From NCBI GenBank assembly GCA_010093995.1, contig ML992501.1, positions 764,227 to 828,226 of the forward strand: a stretch of 64,000 nucleotides of DNA, read 5' to 3'. The stretch is from Elsinoe ampelina. Lineage: Eukaryota. Shown here one piece after another: positions 61,501 through 64,000 of the stretch (the first letter of the stretch is position 1; each line of letters opens with the position of its first letter). The notes beneath the pieces were generated by a model that was given only the letters and a program-made list of their open reading frames with translations, was not told the DNA's origin and made no database searches. The position numbers were made by a program, and so were the translations under genes.

Positions 61501-64000
61501 ATTAACAAACTTTAAGACTAACTACTTAGAGCTAAATAGTTTACTGTAGTTAATATTAGAGACGTCTATTATTAAGTATAAATAAAGGAGAGTAAGGAGT
61601 AGAAGACGGCTTTTAGGATATAATAGAGTCTATATAAGTACCTCGTTATGCCCTTTAGGTTAACTAATACTCCTATAACCTTCTAAGAGTTAATTAATAA
61701 CACTCTATAAGAATACCTTAACAATTTTATCTTAGTATATTTAGATAATATTATTATCTTCTTAAAGACGTATAATAAACATATAGGACATGTTTATAAA
61801 GTGCTATAGAAACTAAAAGAAAAAGACCTACTAGTAAAACTCTCTAAGTATAAGTTCTATAAATACAAGATATAATTTCTAGACTATATTATATCTACTA
61901 ATAGTATTAGACCTAATCTAAAGAAGATCGAGTTAGTAAACGACTAGCTAGAACCTATAATAGTTAAGGAGGTTTAAGCGCTACTAGAGTTCTTTAACTA
62001 CTACTATAAGTTTATTAAGGGATTCTCTAAGGTAGCTACGCTAATATCTAACCTTACGAAAAGGGAAACTAGCTTTGTCTTTAACGAGAGATATAGGTAG
62101 GCCTTTAAGGAGCTAAAGCTTAGACTTATAATAGTACCTGTCTTAGTACTCTTCGACCTAGACTAATAAGCACTACTAGAAACAGATACTTTAGACTTTG
62201 TAATAGAAGTGTGTCTAGCGTAGAGGGACGCGGAAGAATAACGCTACCTAATTATATATTACTTACAAAAAATGACCGGACCTAAACTTAACTACGACAT
62301 ATATAATAAGGAATTACTTACGATTATAGAAGTATTCCGCAAGTAGAGAGTATACCTAGAAGAAATAACCTTACCTATATAAGTCTATATAGACTATAAG
62401 AACCTACTATATTAGATAATAACTAAAGTTCTTAATAGACAACAGGTCCGATAGTTAGAAACACTTATAAGCTATAACTTCTAGATCTACTATATTAAGG
62501 GATTAGAGAATAGCGGAGTAGATGCTCTTAGCCGCTAGCTAGATTACTTAAAAAACATAACAATAATAGAGGCCTCTATACTAAAGTAGTAGGATAGCGC
62601 TCTAGTCTATAAGTACCTAAAGGTAAAGTAGTTATATAGCCTTACCTAGGAGCTTACGTAAGAACAGAAGAAAGAAGTTATTTAAATACACTATAATAAC
62701 CTAATAGCGGGACATAGTAGGATCGATAAGACTATTAAACTTATTATATAAAACTACCTCTAGAAAGAACTCCGAAACGATATTAAGACGTATATTACTG
62801 CCTACGATATATGCTATAAGTCTAAGCACTCTCGACATAGACTATATAGCCTACTATAACCCTTACTACTACCGGACAAACTATAGTAATTAGTTATAAT
62901 AGACTTTATAGGACCTCTACTGCTATTAGAAGAACCTCTTATAGGTGTAAAGTATAATAGTATTCTAGTTCTAGTAGATAGGTTTACGAAGTATTACTAC
63001 TTTATACTATATAAGATAATAGTAACTACTAAGGATATAGCCTTTACCTTCCTCTAAATAATTGTTTTATAACATAGAGTACTACGAGACTTAATAACTA
63101 ATAGGGATAAGCTATTTACGTTACAATTCTAGTAATTATTTATAGACCTACTAGGAGTTAAATATAAGCTATTAACCTCCTTTTACCTATAAACGGATAG
63201 ACAAACTAAACGGGCAAATTAAGTACTAGAGTAGTATCTATAATGCTATCTAAACTATAAGTAAGACTTATAGGCGACGCTATTACCGCTTACGGAGCTC
63301 GCTATTAACAATAGAAAGTTAGTAAATAGAATTTTACTATTCTACGTAAACTATAGGATATATCTAGATCTACACTATAACATACTTAGAATTAAGCTAG
63401 TATCTAAGGATACTAACACACTAGTAGCTAACATTAAGAAACTACACGACTAGCTATACTATAATATAGCATTTATATTACAAAGAATAGTAGAGTTTAC
63501 TAACCAGAAGAGAATTACAGGACTAATTCTATAGGAGAGAGAGAAAGTTTACCTCCTTAGTAAAAACATTAAAACGAAACAACCAAGTAAGAAACTTAAC
63601 TATACTAAACTAGGACCCTTTAAGATCCTAGAAAAGAAAAACAAGAACGTATATAAACTAGAACTACTAAGATATATAAGGATTTATCTAGTCTTTTATA
63701 TATTACTACTAGAGAAAGTACTATAGAATACTATACCTAGACTTATTAAACTAGATAAAGAAACATAGGAGCTACGGTATAAGATAGAAAGAGTTTTACG
63801 TTATAAACTTATAAAAGGAAAACGCTACTATCTTATCTACTAGAAAGGACATTAGTATAGTAAGGCAATATAGGAACTAGAGGAACACTTTACCTTATAA
63901 GTAATCCTAGAGTATTAAACTAAAAACCTATCCTAAGTAAACTAACTAGGTAGACCTAACGCTACTAATACTAAACAAAAATAAGAACGCCTAAGGAAGA
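58073..64000 (+). mobile_element. Second Ty3/Gypsy chromovirus-type element inserted into Copia-2, runs off the window
   Basis: 5' LTR, gag with CCHC knuckle (cta-tat-ttt-aag-tat..cat..gac-tac ~59420), protease AMIDSGA-like (~60753), RT YLDDII-like (~61738), RNase H, integrase and chromodomain (~63780-63900). Confidence 0.9.

Overview
Eukaryotic DNA from a filamentous ascomycete. The evidence is short GT-AG introns with CTRAC branch points and the RIP-type mutation pattern; a Dothideomycete origin is inferred, not shown. About 42 kb is GC-balanced and gene-dense. It encodes a J-domain protein, an omega-like GST, reticulon, a tandem array of five secreted GPI-type Ser/Thr-rich proteins, a HAL3/PPCDC-like flavoprotein-ankyrin fusion, ATG12, ECM31/panB, PAN2, an Sds3-like protein, a GH3 glycosidase, an MFS transporter and a disrupted Zn2Cys6 transcription factor. 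Two AT-rich, RIP-mutated blocks (24420-38538 and ~56400-64000) are each a chromodomain Gypsy element inserted in opposite orientation into a Copia element. The most notable observation is in the first nest. The Gypsy clearly, and the Copia probably, carries an extra intron-containing gene antisense to pol, between pol and the 3' LTR. Each encodes a small CxxC...C...CxxC protein and has an inverted repeat upstream. Gene models were spliced by eye, and de-RIPed residues are inferences.
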